Notes: generated from the letters alone by a model not told the origin. DNA of 64,000 nucleotides from Thiopseudomonas sp. (GCA_035647115.1 DASROA010000051.1:6004-70003), one strand, 5' to 3'. Shown: positions 32,128-43,567, numbered from the stretch's first letter. Made by a program: numbers and translations.

Positions 32128-34362
32128 TTAATCACTGCGCTGAGTAAAGTGCCAAGCCTGGTGGATTCGTTGATTGCGTGAGAAGTCAGGGTCAAAGGTT
32201 TGCCCAGTAATGTCTTTGACTTGATAGCGACGCTGCAAGCTGTCATCAAGTACAAAACGCCGGAAATTATTCGAGAAATATAAACTACCACCGGGTGCTA
32301 AACGCGCCATGGCACGATCCAGCAACACGACGTGATCACGCTGAACATCAAACACATCCTCCATACGCTTGGAGTTAGAGAAAGTGGGCGGGTCAACGAA
32401 AATTAGATCATAGGTCTCACGATCATTTTCCAGCCAAGCCATCACATCGGCGTGCACTAAATTATGTTTCTCTGAAAAACCATTTAAAGCTAAGTTGCGT
32501 TTAGCCCAATCTAAATAGGTTTTCGATAGATCCACACTGGTTGTACTGCGTGCTCCGCCAACTGCCGCATGCACGGTAGCCGCAGCGGTATAACAAAATA
32601 AATTTAAAAAACGCAGCCCTGCAGCTTCCTGCTGAATACGTTTGCGCATGGGTCGGTGGTCAAGAAACAACCCCGTATCCAAATAGTCAGTTAAATTGAC
32701 CAAAAGTTTGACGCCGTTTTCAGTCACCGTCATAAACTGCCCACGCTCAGCTTGACGCTCATATTGGCGAGTGCCTGTCTGTCGCTCACGACGTTTAATC
32801 ACAATGCGCTCAGGGGGTATTTCCATCACGGTAGGTATGGCCGCCAAGGCATCTAAAAAGCGCCCTTGCGCAGCCTCTGCATCCACTGTGCGTGGTGCGG
32901 CATACTCTTGCACATGCAACCAATCGGCATACACATCAATAGCCAAGGCATATTCAGGCATGTCCGCATCGTACAGTCGGTAACATTCAATATTTTCTCT
33001 GCGCAGCCAACGGCCCAGTTGACGTAGGTTTTTTCTCAGCCGATTGGCAAACATCTGCCCACCTTCGGTTAAACGTGCCGGTTCTGCTGCAGCGGCCTGT
33101 GACTCACCTGTCAAGCGTGGTGCCGCGTCGTCCTGTTGTGCTGAGCTTGGTTGAGTCTCGCTGGCTTTGCGCTCCGACAGTACAAAACGCTCAGGCTCAA
33201 TTTGAAATAACAATAAGCGGCAAGGCAGCGCGCCATTAAACAACGAGTATTGTTTATGGCTGCGCAACCCCATGCGTCTACCCAGCTCCGGTGAGCCGGT
33301 AAAAACCGCGGCCTGCCAACCTAAACAAGCACTGCGCAAACGCTCCCCTAAAAACTGGTACAAATACAAGAGACTGGCTTCATCACCTAAGCGCTCACCA
33401 TAAGGCGGGTTGGTGACCACTAATCCAGTTTGTCCTTGATCCGGCTTAGGCTCAAAGGTGGCCAGTTCACCCTGATAAATATTTATCCAGGCACTCAATC
33501 CTGCACGTTCAATGTTATTGCGTGCAGGCTGAATTAAACGCGGATCCGCTTCATAGCCTCGAATCCATAGCGGACGTTGCGCTAGGCCGTCCTGCGCACG
33601 CTGCTGCGCTTCTTCATGCAGCGCTTGCCAAACGGCCGGCACATGCCCTAACCAGTGGCTAAAACCCCAACGTTCGCGGGCCAGATTCGGTGCAATATCG
33701 GCGGCCATCATCGCCCCTTCGATTAAAAAGGTACCCACACCGCACATCGGGTCCACCAAAGCTGCACCCTGTTTAGCCAGCTCAGGCCAACCGGCACGTA
33801 GCAAGATTGCAGCCGCCAAGTTCTCTTTTAAAGGCGCTGCCCCTTGCTGTAAACGGTAACCGCGCTGGTGCAAGCTATTACCAGACAGATCCAACGATAA
33901 AGTAGCTTCACCACGACGCAGGTGTAAATGCACGCGAATATCTGGGTTTACTTTATCCACTGACGGCCGGCGGCCTTCGGCATCACGTAAGCCATCAACA
34001 ATGGCATCTTTAACTTTTAAAGCACCAAAGTGAGTGTTATCAATTCCTGAACCTCGCCCAGTAAAACTCACGAATAAAGTGCCCTTGGCGTCTAAATGCT
34101 CGGACCAGTCCAAATCATTAACACCGTGGTATAAATCTTCTACGTTTTTCACAGGAAAACGCTTAAGAACCAATAACACACGGTTCGCCAGCCGCGACCA
34201 TAAACACAAGCGATATGCTGTTTGCAAAGTGCCACGGCCTGCTACGCCCGACAACTGTTCCCGTGCATCTGTTAAACCAAGGTTCTGCGCCTCAGTTAAC
34301 AGCAAGCCTTCTAGGCTTTTCGGACAGGTTAAATAGAGTTCAACTTCTTTATTAACGGGCAT
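32128..34362 (-). CDS. rlmKL: Bifunctional 23S rRNA methyltransferase RlmKL
   Basis: THUMP domain, LHQRGYR, APLKENLAA, NPPYG, second MTase domain DTGLFLDHR and DPPTF; start likely ATG 34362. Confidence 0.95.
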   Translation of the reverse strand: MPVNKEVELYLTCPKSLEGLLLTEAQNLGLTDAREQLSGVAGRGTLQTAYRLCLWSRLANRVLLVLKRFPVKNVEDLYHGVNDLDWSEHLDAKGTLFVSFTGRGSGIDNTHFGALKVKDAIVDGLRDAEGRRPSVDKVNPDIRVHLHLRRGEATLSLDLSGNSLHQRGYRLQQGAAPLKENLAAAILLRAGWPELAKQGAALVDPMCGVGTFLIEGAMMAADIAPNLARERWGFSHWLGHVPAVWQALHEEAQQRAQDGLAQRPLWIRGYEADPRLIQPARNNIERAGLSAWINIYQGELATFEPKPDQGQTGLVVTNPPYGERLGDEASLLYLYQFLGERLRSACLGWQAAVFTGSPELGRRMGLRSHKQYSLFNGALPCRLLLFQIEPERFVLSERKASETQPSSAQQDDAAPRLTGESQAAAAEPARLTEGGQMFANRLRKNLRQLGRWLRRENIECYRLYDADMPEYALAIDVYADWLHVQEYAAPRTVDAEAAQGRFLDALAAIPTVMEIPPERIVIKRRERQTGTRQYERQAERGQFMTVTENGVKLLVNLTDYLDTGLFLDHRPMRKRIQQEAAGLRFLNLFCYTAAATVHAAVGGARSTTSVDLSKTYLDWAKRNLALNGFSEKHNLVHADVMAWLENDRETYDLIFVDPPTFSNSKRMEDVFDVQRDHVVLLDRAMARLAPGGSLYFSNNFRRFVLDDSLQRRYQVKDITGQTFDPDFSRNQRIHQAWHFTQRSD

Positions 34363-34775
34363 AGATTTTCCAATGGGTATCAAATTATTACGATGGTTCA
34401 CCGAGCTGACTGTGTTCTACTGCATAGCCTTTGGTCGGATTCACTCATTTATTTTCAGTTTTTACCTGCCAGTATTCATGCAAGCTTGTCCCCTGATTTG
34501 ACTTCCAATGGCTCAAGGGTGGGCTTTAGGCAAATAATGACTGTGTAGTTACAAACTGCTTATATCTTTTAAGGTTAACAACGACTTTCTATATGAAAAA
34601 ACATTCATTCCAACTCGAGCTGCTGTTAGTTAGAACTCTTAGACGCCTATGTATGCAACGTATGCAACGGGCTAAAAATATTCACTACACAACAGGAGTG
34701 TCCACAGCAGCACAGTATACGGCTTTATTTTAATGCCGACGGTAACATTATTGTCGAAACAGAGGGCTATACCCA

Positions 34776-34991
34776 ATGAGAAAACTTAAGCGTGATCCGT
34801 TAGAACGTGCGTTTATACGCGGCTACCAACACGGTGTGAGTGGTAAGTCACGTGAACTTTGTCCTTTTCATTTAGCTGCCACTCGCCATGCATGGTTGAA
34901 CGGCTGGCGTGAAGGACGCGCTGATAACTGGGATGGTTATCGTGGTACTGCAGGTATTCATCGACTCAATGAGCTTAATGTCGTTGGATAA
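34776..34991 (+). CDS. rmf: Ribosome modulation factor
   Basis: MRKLKRDPLERAFIRGYQHG..G.S...CPF...WLNGWREG. Confidence 0.96.
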   Translation: MRKLKRDPLERAFIRGYQHGVSGKSRELCPFHLAATRHAWLNGWREGRADNWDGYRGTAGIHRLNELNVVG

Positions 34992-35009
34992 ACAATTATT
35001 TATTGCATA

Positions 35010-35037
35010 TCGTGAGGCTTTAATTTAGGCCTCACGA
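35010..35037. terminator. Hairpin terminator between convergent rmf and pyrD
   Basis: TCGTGAGGC...GCCTCACGA. Confidence 0.7.
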
Positions 35038-35054
35038 CTTAAAAACACAGCCGA

Positions 35055-36083
35055 TTAACGTCGCGGTGCACATTCAGCAATCGCATCCACTGACTCTCTA
35101 ATCAGCTTAGGCCCTTTATAAATAAAGCCTGAATACACCTGCACCAAGCTAGCACCTGCTTTGATTTTTTCTGCAGCATGTTGCCCCTCGGTAATGCCCC
35201 CTGCGGCGATAATGGGTAAGCGCCCTGCTAAGGTATCAGCCAGCACACGAACCACATGGGTGCTTTGTTCGCGAACTGGCGCACCGGAGAGGCCTCCTGC
35301 TTCATCCGCATGCAACATACCTTCAACGCCGACCCGAGAAGTGGTGGTATTGGTTGCAATGACGGCATCCATTCCGGTTTCCACTAGGATATTCGCTACT
35401 GTTACTATTTCTTCATCGGTCATATCCGGAGCGATTTTAATCGCCAACGGAACCCGCTTGCCATGTAGCACCGTGAGGTCCTCTTGACGCTCACGTAACG
35501 TGTCCAGCAAACGCTTCAATGAGTCTCCAAATTGCAGCGAACGTAAACCTGGGGTGTTAGGTGAACTGACGTTGACCGTAATATAACTGGCACTGTTATA
35601 TACTTTATCTAAACAAATTAGGTAGTCATCTGCAGCATTTTCCACAGGGGTATCAACGTTTTTGCCGATATTAATACCCAGCACACCATCAAACTTAGCC
35701 TTATTAACCCGTGACAAGAGGTAGTCAACACCGTGGTTGTTAAACCCCATACGGTTAATAATCCCTTCGGCAGCTGGTAAACGGAACAAGCGCGGCTTTG
35801 GGTTACCCGGTTGCGCGCGCGGGGTGACTGTACCTATTTCAATGAAACCGAAGCCTAAACCTGACAACCCTAAAATGGCATCACCATTTTTATCAAGACC
35901 TGCGGCCAAACCAACTGGATTTGGAAAGTCCAGTCCCATCACATTAACTGGCAAAGCACTGGGCTGCTTGATTAGGCGTTTGGTCAGACCCAGGCGTCCT
36001 GCAGCACCCAACAGGTCAATGGAAAGCTCATGGGCAGTTTCTGGTGATAATTTAAATAGCAAGCGACGAGATAAGCTGTACAT
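35055..36083 (-). CDS. pyrD: Quinone-dependent dihydroorotate dehydrogenase
   Basis: [40 protein letters not shown]. Confidence 0.97.
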   Translation of the reverse strand: MYSLSRRLLFKLSPETAHELSIDLLGAAGRLGLTKRLIKQPSALPVNVMGLDFPNPVGLAAGLDKNGDAILGLSGLGFGFIEIGTVTPRAQPGNPKPRLFRLPAAEGIINRMGFNNHGVDYLLSRVNKAKFDGVLGINIGKNVDTPVENAADDYLICLDKVYNSASYITVNVSSPNTPGLRSLQFGDSLKRLLDTLRERQEDLTVLHGKRVPLAIKIAPDMTDEEIVTVANILVETGMDAVIATNTTTSRVGVEGMLHADEAGGLSGAPVREQSTHVVRVLADTLAGRLPIIAAGGITEGQHAAEKIKAGASLVQVYSGFIYKGPKLIRESVDAIAECAPRR

Positions 36084-36132
36084 ATAATAGGCATCAACTC
36101 AGTTAAAATAGAATGTGTTGAATTATAGCTCG

Positions 36133-36353
36133 TTAAGCCAGCTTGCGCAGATCTAATAACTGCCCTTGCGAGCTAAAACTCATTGCAAAACTGCCCGAAA
36201 TACCATCATGGGTCAAAAAGCGTTGCAGGTGCCGTGCTGGAATACTCACAGTGCGCCCATCCCGACTGCGCACCAGTACCGTTGCGCGGTACCTTGGTAC
36301 ACTCGCAAATACTCCTGCGCCGGTATTGATATATCAAAGATTAAACTCTGCAT
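36133..36353 (-). CDS. DUF2835-like small protein with a 1-nt frameshift (absent from the ORF track)
   Basis: MQSLIFDISIPAQEYLRVYQGTAQR continues as VLVRSRDGRTVSIPARHLQRFLTHDGISGSFAMSFSSQGQLLDLRKLA* if one G is added at 36279-36280; lies directly upstream of pyrD. Confidence 0.8.
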
Positions 36354-36461
36354 AGCAAGCTCTGCGTCAATTTCACCCTATGTCTCTGGAACAGCCATTG
36401 TATCATGTGTGTTGTTACCGCTTAGTGTGACTCACGCTGACCTTGAGGTGTTACCTAAACC

Positions 36462-36965
36462 ATGCAACGACAGACTTCATCGGCAGCTTTTTCAAGCCGC
36501 TTTAAAAGACTCTTTAACAAGCTGATGCACGGCTCGCGCACCTATACACCTAAGCAGATTGCACAGCGTATTGAGTTGCCTTTTAGCGGCTTTAATGCAC
36601 CACAGTTAACTGTCAGCTGGGAAAATAATCTTAACTTTCAACACCTTTATAAATTGCCGCGCCATGCACTGTCTGGAGCTGTTCAAGACGATAAGACCCA
36701 AGCCCATACGATTCTTAATCATTTGATAAAAAAAGAAACTGATACGCAAAGTATTATTGATTTGCGTCACTATCACATGCCTATCATGCCTGAGCAGGCA
36801 TGGGATGACCCAGAGTTTATGACTACACTTGTCGAAACTGGCAGCCCCTATGTGCGTTTGACTTTAAGCCCAAGCCCACAACCCATAGAGGTGTTGCTGT
36901 TGCCTAAACACAAGCAACTTTCGAATACTTTAGGCACCGCTTTAAAACTTGCTGGGGCCCAATGA
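36462..36965 (+). CDS. Conserved hypothetical protein, possibly an internally shortened DUF6685-like protein
   Basis: 167-aa ORF; LPRHALSGAVQDDK segment recalls the Pseudomonas protein found at this locus (from memory, unverified). Confidence 0.55.
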   Translation: MQRQTSSAAFSSRFKRLFNKLMHGSRTYTPKQIAQRIELPFSGFNAPQLTVSWENNLNFQHLYKLPRHALSGAVQDDKTQAHTILNHLIKKETDTQSIIDLRHYHMPIMPEQAWDDPEFMTTLVETGSPYVRLTLSPSPQPIEVLLLPKHKQLSNTLGTALKLAGAQ

Positions 36966-37066
36966 TGCCTGCGAAACCCTTCTGCAACTCCCCTGTGCTT
37001 GATTAAATGACCGCCTAATCTCAATTAACTGCAGTTAAACAGACCGCTGTTGCATCTCAGCAACAG

Positions 37067-37101
37067 CTGTATATAATGACAGTCACTGTATAAAACAACA
37101 G
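37067..37101 (+). promoter_or_regulatory. Two tandem LexA (SOS) boxes
   Basis: CTGTATATAATGACAG (37067-37082) and CTGTATAAAACAACAG (37086-37101), both CTGT-N8-ACAG. Confidence 0.93.
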
Positions 37102-37110
37102 AGTCAGATT

Positions 37111-37728
37111 ATGTCTAAGTTAACGAAACGTCAGTCAGAAATCTTAAGCTTTCTTAAGACTTGGATCGAAGAGAATGGTTACCCGCCGACTCGCGCAGAA
37201 ATCGCTAAAGATTTAGGCTTCAGATCACCTAATGCTGCTGAAGATCACTTAAAAGCTTTGGCACGTAAAGGGGCCATTGAAATGATCCCCGGCGCATCAC
37301 GGGGTATTAAAATTATTGAAACGCCCTCAGATGAACTGCCGTTCAATGAAGATGAGCTGCCAATTATCGGCCGCGTAGCAGCTGGCGAACCCATTTTAGC
37401 GCAACAACACATCGAAAATACCTGCCCTGTTAATCCAAGCTTTTTCAAACCCCGTGCCGATTATTTGCTGCAAGTGCGCGGCATGAGCATGCAAGATGTG
37501 GGTATTTTGGACGGTGACTTACTGGCTGTGCACATCACTCAAGAAGCCCGTAACGGTCAAATTGTGGTGGCACGTATCGATGACGAGGTTACGGTTAAGC
37601 GTTACCAGCGCAAAGGCGACACAGTCTGGCTGCTTGCAGAAAATCCTGACTTCGACCCCATTAAAGTGGATTTAAAAACTCAAGAACTGATCATTGAAGG
37701 TTTAAGTGTCGGTGTTATTCGCCGCTAA
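37111..37728 (+). CDS. lexA: SOS repressor LexA
   Basis: [15 protein letters not shown] cleavage site, GMSM Ser and VTVKR Lys catalytic residues. Confidence 0.97.
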   Translation: MSKLTKRQSEILSFLKTWIEENGYPPTRAEIAKDLGFRSPNAAEDHLKALARKGAIEMIPGASRGIKIIETPSDELPFNEDELPIIGRVAAGEPILAQQHIENTCPVNPSFFKPRADYLLQVRGMSMQDVGILDGDLLAVHITQEARNGQIVVARIDDEVTVKRYQRKGDTVWLLAENPDFDPIKVDLKTQELIIEGLSVGVIRR

Positions 37729-37737
37729 AGAGGTTTT

Positions 37738-38214
37738 ATGTCTTATCAAATATCGCTTTTCGAGCCTCCGCTGAGTTCTTGTAACTCAACAATTGCGCCT
37801 TTATTCGAAGCACCGAAGGCATCACACGCAAAAGCGGCGGTAGACGAAACCGTATTCAGTGAAATCTCCTTGTCCGGGCGTTCGCAGCAATGCTTACACT
37901 TGCTAGCGCCTATCCTGCGCGAATTAAGTGAGGGGCATGACAATCGCTGGCTTACTTTAGTGTCGCCACCCAAGCAAATCACTACGCAGTGGTTGCGTGA
38001 TGCTGGATTAAATCGTGAGCGTATATTGCTGTTGCGCCCCAGCGGTATCCAAAGCAGCCAAGAACTGGCTTGTGAAGCATTACGTTTAGGGTGCAGTCAC
38101 ACGGTCATCAGCTGGTTTAATCCTTTGCCTAAAGCAGCTCGCAGCCGCTTAATTGAAGCCGCTCAAGCAGGTGTCACGCAAGTTCTCAACATTCGGCAGT
38201 TTTCCAAAAGTTAG
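37738..38214 (+). CDS. sulA: SOS cell-division inhibitor SulA
   Basis: LLAPILRELS, RWLTLVSPP, ALRLGCSHTVISW; directly after lexA. Confidence 0.9.
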   Translation: MSYQISLFEPPLSSCNSTIAPLFEAPKASHAKAAVDETVFSEISLSGRSQQCLHLLAPILRELSEGHDNRWLTLVSPPKQITTQWLRDAGLNRERILLLRPSGIQSSQELACEALRLGCSHTVISWFNPLPKAARSRLIEAAQAGVTQVLNIRQFSKS

Positions 38215-38228
38215 CATGCTGCGAATAC

Positions 38229-38266
38229 AACAAGCCGCATCAAGCGTAGAGCTGATGCGGCTTGTT
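38229..38266. terminator. Bidirectional terminator between sulA and gltX
   Basis: AACAAGCCGCATCA...TGATGCGGCTTGTT 14-bp stem. Confidence 0.8.
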
Positions 38267-38279
38267 TATTGCGGCTAAA

Positions 38280-39758
38280 TCACTTCTCTACTAAAAGCTT
38301 TTCCCAGGCTTTAGTTTCCTTCTTCGAAACACCACCCAAAACTTCAAGTGCTTGGCGTAAACGGAAGCGCGTTAAATCAGGACCTAATATGGTCATCGCA
38401 TCCAACACCGAAACAGAACTGGATTGCCCAGTAATAGACGCAAACATTAACGGCATAATATCGCGCAGCTTCAGGTCGAGTAAGCCGCCGGTAGCATGGA
38501 TACAGTTGGTAATCCCTTCCTTATCCCATTGACGCAAAGCTTCCAGCTTCCATAACACCAACTGCAATACTTGGCGGACTTGATCGGCATCCAGTTTTTT
38601 GTGTTTTAAAAGCTCAGGCGTAACCGCTACTCCACCGGTAAAGAAGAAGCCAGCTAAAGGTGTAATCTCACTGAAAGTTTCGACTCGGCCTTGCACCAAG
38701 GGTGCGATTTGCATCAGGTAGTCATCATTAAATGCCCACTTGCGCGCCGCATCGGCAAACTGCTCTACACTGAGCTCACGCAACCATTGACCATTGAGCC
38801 AAGATAGCTTTTCTACATCAAAAATCGGCCCACCTAAAGAAACCCTCTGAATATCGAAGTTCTCAATCATTTCTTCTAAAGAGAACTTTTCGCGCTCATC
38901 AGGCATTGACCAACCCATGCGTCCTAAATAGTTCAGCATCGCTTCTGGCAAGTACCCCATGCGCTCATAAAAAGTCACAGAGGTTGGATTTTTGCGCTTG
39001 GATAATTTGCTTTTATCTGGATTACGCAGCAGTGGCATATAACATAGTTTTGGCTGCTCCCAACCAAAGTACTCATACAGAGCAATCAGCTTAGGTGCAG
39101 ACGGTAACCACTCCTCACCACGTAATACATGGGTAATTCCCATGAGATGGTCATCAACCACGTTGGCAAGGAAATAAGTAGGCAACCCATCGGTTTTGAT
39201 CAGAATCTGCATGTCCATGCGGTCCCAACCAATTTCAACCTTACCGCGCAACATGTCATCAACCACACAAACACCTTCGGTGGGAACTTTCATACGAATG
39301 ACATGGGATTCACCCGCTGCAACTCGACGTTGTGCCTCGCTAGGATCTAAGTGGGAGCACTTGCCATCGTAAGCTGGGGTTTGCTTAGCAGCCATCTGCT
39401 TGGCACGCACTGCATTAAGGTGTTCAGCACTGCAAAAACATGGGAAAGCATGACCTTGTTTAACCAATAAATCGGCATGCTCTTTATAAATATCGGCACG
39501 CTCACTTTGCCGGTAAGGACCATGGGGACCGCCGACATCGGGACCTTCATCCCATTCAATCCCTAACCAGCGTAATGCTTGGTAAATTTGCTCTTCAGAT
39601 TCACGACTGGAACGCTCTTGGTCGGTGTCCTCAATGCGCAGAATAAACTGACCACCATGCTGACGGGCAAAGCACATATTAAATAAGGCAATATAAGCGG
39701 TACCAACATGCGGGTCGCCGGTTGGTGAGGGTGCAATACGGGTTCGTACAGTGGTCAT
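38280..39758 (-). CDS. gltX: Glutamate--tRNA ligase
   Basis: [13 protein letters not shown] (HIGH-like), LRIEDTD, KLSKR. Confidence 0.97.
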   Translation of the reverse strand: MTTVRTRIAPSPTGDPHVGTAYIALFNMCFARQHGGQFILRIEDTDQERSSRESEEQIYQALRWLGIEWDEGPDVGGPHGPYRQSERADIYKEHADLLVKQGHAFPCFCSAEHLNAVRAKQMAAKQTPAYDGKCSHLDPSEAQRRVAAGESHVIRMKVPTEGVCVVDDMLRGKVEIGWDRMDMQILIKTDGLPTYFLANVVDDHLMGITHVLRGEEWLPSAPKLIALYEYFGWEQPKLCYMPLLRNPDKSKLSKRKNPTSVTFYERMGYLPEAMLNYLGRMGWSMPDEREKFSLEEMIENFDIQRVSLGGPIFDVEKLSWLNGQWLRELSVEQFADAARKWAFNDDYLMQIAPLVQGRVETFSEITPLAGFFFTGGVAVTPELLKHKKLDADQVRQVLQLVLWKLEALRQWDKEGITNCIHATGGLLDLKLRDIMPLMFASITGQSSSVSVLDAMTILGPDLTRFRLRQALEVLGGVSKKETKAWEKLLVEK

Positions 39759-39898
39759 TTAGTTCACTCTAAGTAAAAAGAATGGAAAAGGTAATGCAGT
39801 ATCTTAGCAAACTCTAAGCGGTTCGCTCCAGCCGCGTGTTGCTGCGACTGAGCCAATGCAGCGATTAATCAGCTATTTCTAGCCGCTACAGCAATAGA

Positions 39899-41914
39899 CT
39901 ACATTTCTAATAAGCGTTGACGTAAACGCTGCACTTCATCACGTAATTGTGCTGCGGCTTCAAACTCAAGGTCACGGGCCAGTTGATACATTTGTTCTTC
40001 AAGCTGCTTGATCTTTTTAACCACCTCAGCAGGTGTACGCAGCTGCTGATCATACTCAGCAGCCTGCTCCGCTGCACGCGCTTGGGCTTTACGCTTGTTA
40101 CTGCGCGCACCCGGCACCACAGCGCCTTCCATAATGTCTTGAACGCTTTTCTTCACCCCTACAGGAGTGATGTTGTGTTTTTCATTAAAGGCAATTTGCT
40201 TTTCACGGCGACGATTAGTTTCATCAATTGCTCTTTCCATTGAGCCGGTAATGCGATCCGCATAAAGAATCGCTTTACCATTCAGGTTGCGCGCAGCACG
40301 ACCAATGGTTTGAATTAAAGAACGCTCTGAACGTAAAAAACCCTCTTTATCCGCATCTAAAATAGCCACAAGTGACACTTCTGGCATATCCAAGCCTTCA
40401 CGCAGCAAGTTAATGCCCACCAGCACATCAAATACACCCATGCGCAGGTCACGAATAATCTCTACCCGCTCAACCGTGTCTATATCTGAGTGTAAATAAC
40501 GGGCTTTCACCCCATGATCACCCAAGTACTCGGTCAGGTCTTCAGACATGCGTTTGGTTAAGGTGGTGACCAACACCCGCTCATCTTGGCTGATACGCGC
40601 ACTGATTTGCGACAGTAAATCATCCACCTGGGTGAGCGCCGGGCGCACTTCTATTTCAGGATCAATTAAGCCGGTGGGTCGCACCACTTGTTCAACCACC
40701 TGCCCTGCGTGTTCTGCCTCATAGTTTCCCGGTGTTGCAGAGACAAATATGGTTTGCGGGCTGGCTGCCTCCCACTCGTCAAAGCGCATGGGTCGGTTAT
40801 CTAAAGCCGATGGCAGACGAAAACCGTAATTGACCAAGTTTTCTTTACGGGAGCGGTCGCCCTTATACATAGCACCGATTTGTGGCACTGCTACGTGGGA
40901 TTCATCAATAACCAGTAAGGCATTATCGGGTAAGTAATCATATAAAGTAGGAGGTGCTGCACCAGGTTCGCGGCCAGATAAGTAACGTGAGTAGTTCTCA
41001 ATACCGTTGCAATACCCCAACTCTATAATCATTTCCAAATCAAAGCGGGTACGTTGTTCTAAACGCTGCGCCTCAACCAGTTGATCGTTATTGCGTAAAT
41101 ACTCTAAACGCTCGGCCAGTTCCACCTTGATGTTTTCAACAGCTTCCAAAAGTGTCTCGCGCGGGGTGACATAGTGAGACTTAGGATAAAAGGTAAAGCG
41201 AGGCAATCGGCCAATGACTTTTCCGGTCAATGGATCAAAGGCGCTGATATTTTCCACTTCATCATCAAAGAGTTCTACGCGAATGGCCTCGAAGTCTGAT
41301 TCCGCTGGGTACACATCAATCACATCGCCGCGCACCCGAAACGTTGCACGTGAAAAGTCCACTTCATTACGGGTGTATTGCAAATCAGCTAAGCGTGCCA
41401 ATAAGGTGCGTTGATCAATGCGGTCACCACGATCAAGGTGCACCACCATTTTTAAATAGCTTTCTGGACTACCTAAGCCATAAATACAAGATACTGTGGC
41501 AACAATGATGACGTCTGGGCGCTCAAGCAGTGCTTTGGTTGCCGATAGACGCATTTGCTCAATATGGTCATTGATGGATGCATCTTTTTCAATGAATGTA
41601 TCAGAAGCGGCCACATAGGCTTCCGGCTGGTAATAGTCATAATACGAAACAAAATACTCAACAGCGTTGTTTGGAAAAAACTCTTTAAACTCGCCATACA
41701 ACTGTGCAGCAAGGGTTTTGTTTGGAGCAAGTACGATTGTGGGACGCTGCACCTGCTGAATAACATTGGCTATGCTAAAGGTTTTTCCAGAGCCTGTTAC
41801 ACCGTGAAGTGTCTGGTGCGACAGCCCTGCCTCAAGCCCTGACACCAGCTTTTTAATGGCTTCTGGCTGATCACCGGCGGGTTGAAATTGTGTGACAAGC
41901 TCAAAGCGCGACAT
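39899..41914 (-). CDS. uvrB: Excinuclease ABC subunit B
   Basis: [31 protein letters not shown]; start ATG 41914. Confidence 0.97.
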   Translation of the reverse strand: MSRFELVTQFQPAGDQPEAIKKLVSGLEAGLSHQTLHGVTGSGKTFSIANVIQQVQRPTIVLAPNKTLAAQLYGEFKEFFPNNAVEYFVSYYDYYQPEAYVAASDTFIEKDASINDHIEQMRLSATKALLERPDVIIVATVSCIYGLGSPESYLKMVVHLDRGDRIDQRTLLARLADLQYTRNEVDFSRATFRVRGDVIDVYPAESDFEAIRVELFDDEVENISAFDPLTGKVIGRLPRFTFYPKSHYVTPRETLLEAVENIKVELAERLEYLRNNDQLVEAQRLEQRTRFDLEMIIELGYCNGIENYSRYLSGREPGAAPPTLYDYLPDNALLVIDESHVAVPQIGAMYKGDRSRKENLVNYGFRLPSALDNRPMRFDEWEAASPQTIFVSATPGNYEAEHAGQVVEQVVRPTGLIDPEIEVRPALTQVDDLLSQISARISQDERVLVTTLTKRMSEDLTEYLGDHGVKARYLHSDIDTVERVEIIRDLRMGVFDVLVGINLLREGLDMPEVSLVAILDADKEGFLRSERSLIQTIGRAARNLNGKAILYADRITGSMERAIDETNRRREKQIAFNEKHNITPVGVKKSVQDIMEGAVVPGARSNKRKAQARAAEQAAEYDQQLRTPAEVVKKIKQLEEQMYQLARDLEFEAAAQLRDEVQRLRQRLLEM

Positions 41915-42077
41915 GTAAACCTCTAATAACCAGCGGTATAACACCGCAAGAAAAAACATTAAACAAAACTGCGAAAACTGACCTAGCCACTTATAATACC
42001 TGTGGATTCGCGCTGCGTCTCGACGCAGTGTCTGTTAAACTAAATCTTCAAACCCATTATTAACGAGCCCGTACAAC

Positions 42078-43274
42078 ATGAGTCTGTTTTCTGCCGTCGA
42101 AATGGCGCCACGTGACCCTATCCTGGGTCTAAACGAAGCTTTTAACGCTGACACCCGCCCGCAAAAAGTCAACCTTGGGGTTGGTGTGTATTTTAACGAA
42201 GCTGGAGAAATCCCACTTCTTAAAGCCGTCGAACTCACTGAGAAAGCTCGCGCTGAGGCACAAGCCCCACGCGGTTATCTGCCCATTGATGGGGTGAGCT
42301 CATACGATACTGCGGTGCAAAAGCTGTTATTTGGTGCTGACTCAGAAATCATTAAATCAGGCCGCATTGTGACCAGCCAAGCCATTGGTGGTACGGGTGC
42401 TTTAAAAATCGGTGCCGACTATCTAAAACGCTTGTTGCCTAATGCTGTCGTGGCAATTAGCGATCCAAGCTGGCAAAACCACCGTGCACTCTTTGAAGCA
42501 GCTGAGTTTCCTGTACAAAACTACCGTTACTATGACCCGGCCAAACAAGGTGTGGATATTGACGGTATGCTTGAAGACTTACGTCAGTTGCCGCAACAGT
42601 CCATCGTTGTTTTACATGCGTGCTGCCATAACCCAACGGGTGTTGATCTCAGCCTTGATCAATGGCGTTTGGTAATTGATGCTCTGAAAGACTGTAACCA
42701 TGTGCCCTTTTTGGATATTGCTTACCAAGGGTTTGCTGAAGGTATTGATGAAGACGCTGCTGCAGTACGTTTATTTGCTGATTCTGGCATGCCGTTTTTT
42801 GTCTCCAGCTCTTTCTCGAAGTCTTTCTCACTGTATGGCGAGCGTGTCGGTGCCTTGACCATTGTTGCTGACAACCCAGAAGAAGCTGAACGTGTTCTTT
42901 CACAGCTTAAGCTGGTGATTCGTACCAACTACTCTAACCCGCCAACCCATGGCGCAACTGTCGTCGGTACAGTGCTTAACACTCCTGAGCTGAATGACTT
43001 GTGGCAACAAGAGTTAGGCGAAATGCGCGAGCGTATTTTGCTGATGCGTAAATTGATGGTGGAACAATTGGCCGCCAAAGGCGCGAAAAGAGACTTCAGT
43101 TTTGTCGCTGAGCAGCGCGGCATGTTCTCTTATACTGGGCTGACTAAAGAACAGGTTGAGCGCCTGCGTGATGAGTTCGCCATTTACGCCGTATCCAGCG
43201 GACGTATTTGCGTAGCAGCACTGAATTTAAATAACATCGATGCAGTGACAGATGCCATTGTGCAGGTGTTGTAA
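42078..43274 (+). CDS. Aromatic amino acid / aspartate aminotransferase (TyrB/AspC family)
   Basis: DPILGL, HACCHNPTG, DIAYQGF, SFSKSFSLYGERVG. Confidence 0.93.
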   Translation: MSLFSAVEMAPRDPILGLNEAFNADTRPQKVNLGVGVYFNEAGEIPLLKAVELTEKARAEAQAPRGYLPIDGVSSYDTAVQKLLFGADSEIIKSGRIVTSQAIGGTGALKIGADYLKRLLPNAVVAISDPSWQNHRALFEAAEFPVQNYRYYDPAKQGVDIDGMLEDLRQLPQQSIVVLHACCHNPTGVDLSLDQWRLVIDALKDCNHVPFLDIAYQGFAEGIDEDAAAVRLFADSGMPFFVSSSFSKSFSLYGERVGALTIVADNPEEAERVLSQLKLVIRTNYSNPPTHGATVVGTVLNTPELNDLWQQELGEMRERILLMRKLMVEQLAAKGAKRDFSFVAEQRGMFSYTGLTKEQVERLRDEFAIYAVSSGRICVAALNLNNIDAVTDAIVQVL

Positions 43275-43339
43275 GACAGTTGCTCTATAAACACTGAGCA
43301 TTGATTTGATTGTTTTCAAATTCAGTGGCTTGGCTCTAT

Positions 43340-43436
43340 TATCAGTTGCAGTTACGTAAAGACGCCGCAAGTACATCCCTGTAGGCTCCTTACCGCCATC
43401 CATGGCGGTAGAGGCTTTACTGCACTGCAACTGATA
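43340..43436 (+). repeat. Branched palindromic element 1 (CATCCNTG-loop hairpins)
   Basis: 13-bp terminal inverted repeat TATCAGTTGCAGT/ACTGCAACTGATA enclosing TACA-TCCC-TGTA and TACCGCCA-TCCA-TGGCGGTA. Confidence 0.7.
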
Positions 43437-43567
43437 CAGTCTGCTAGCTTTTGCAGGGGCTGCTAAGCATTGACTTCAGTTACCAGTCGATTAGCCATAT
43501 ATTAACGACTTGCTTCTGCTCTTGAGACGTACATTAGAATCTGCAAACACTGTCAATGATTAAAGCA

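Noticed and set aside
36143-36525. Plus-strand ORFs 36143-36355 and 36166-36525
   Set aside because: Shadow ORFs antisense to the frameshifted DUF2835-like gene.
41915-42077. SOS box upstream of uvrB
   Set aside because: No CTGT-N8-ACAG match found; only a small hairpin (CTGCGTC/GACGCAG) near the tyrB leader.
43306-43319. FNR-like TTGAT-TGTT-TTCAA
   Set aside because: One mismatch, located between convergent genes with no downstream gene start; probably chance in AT-rich DNA.
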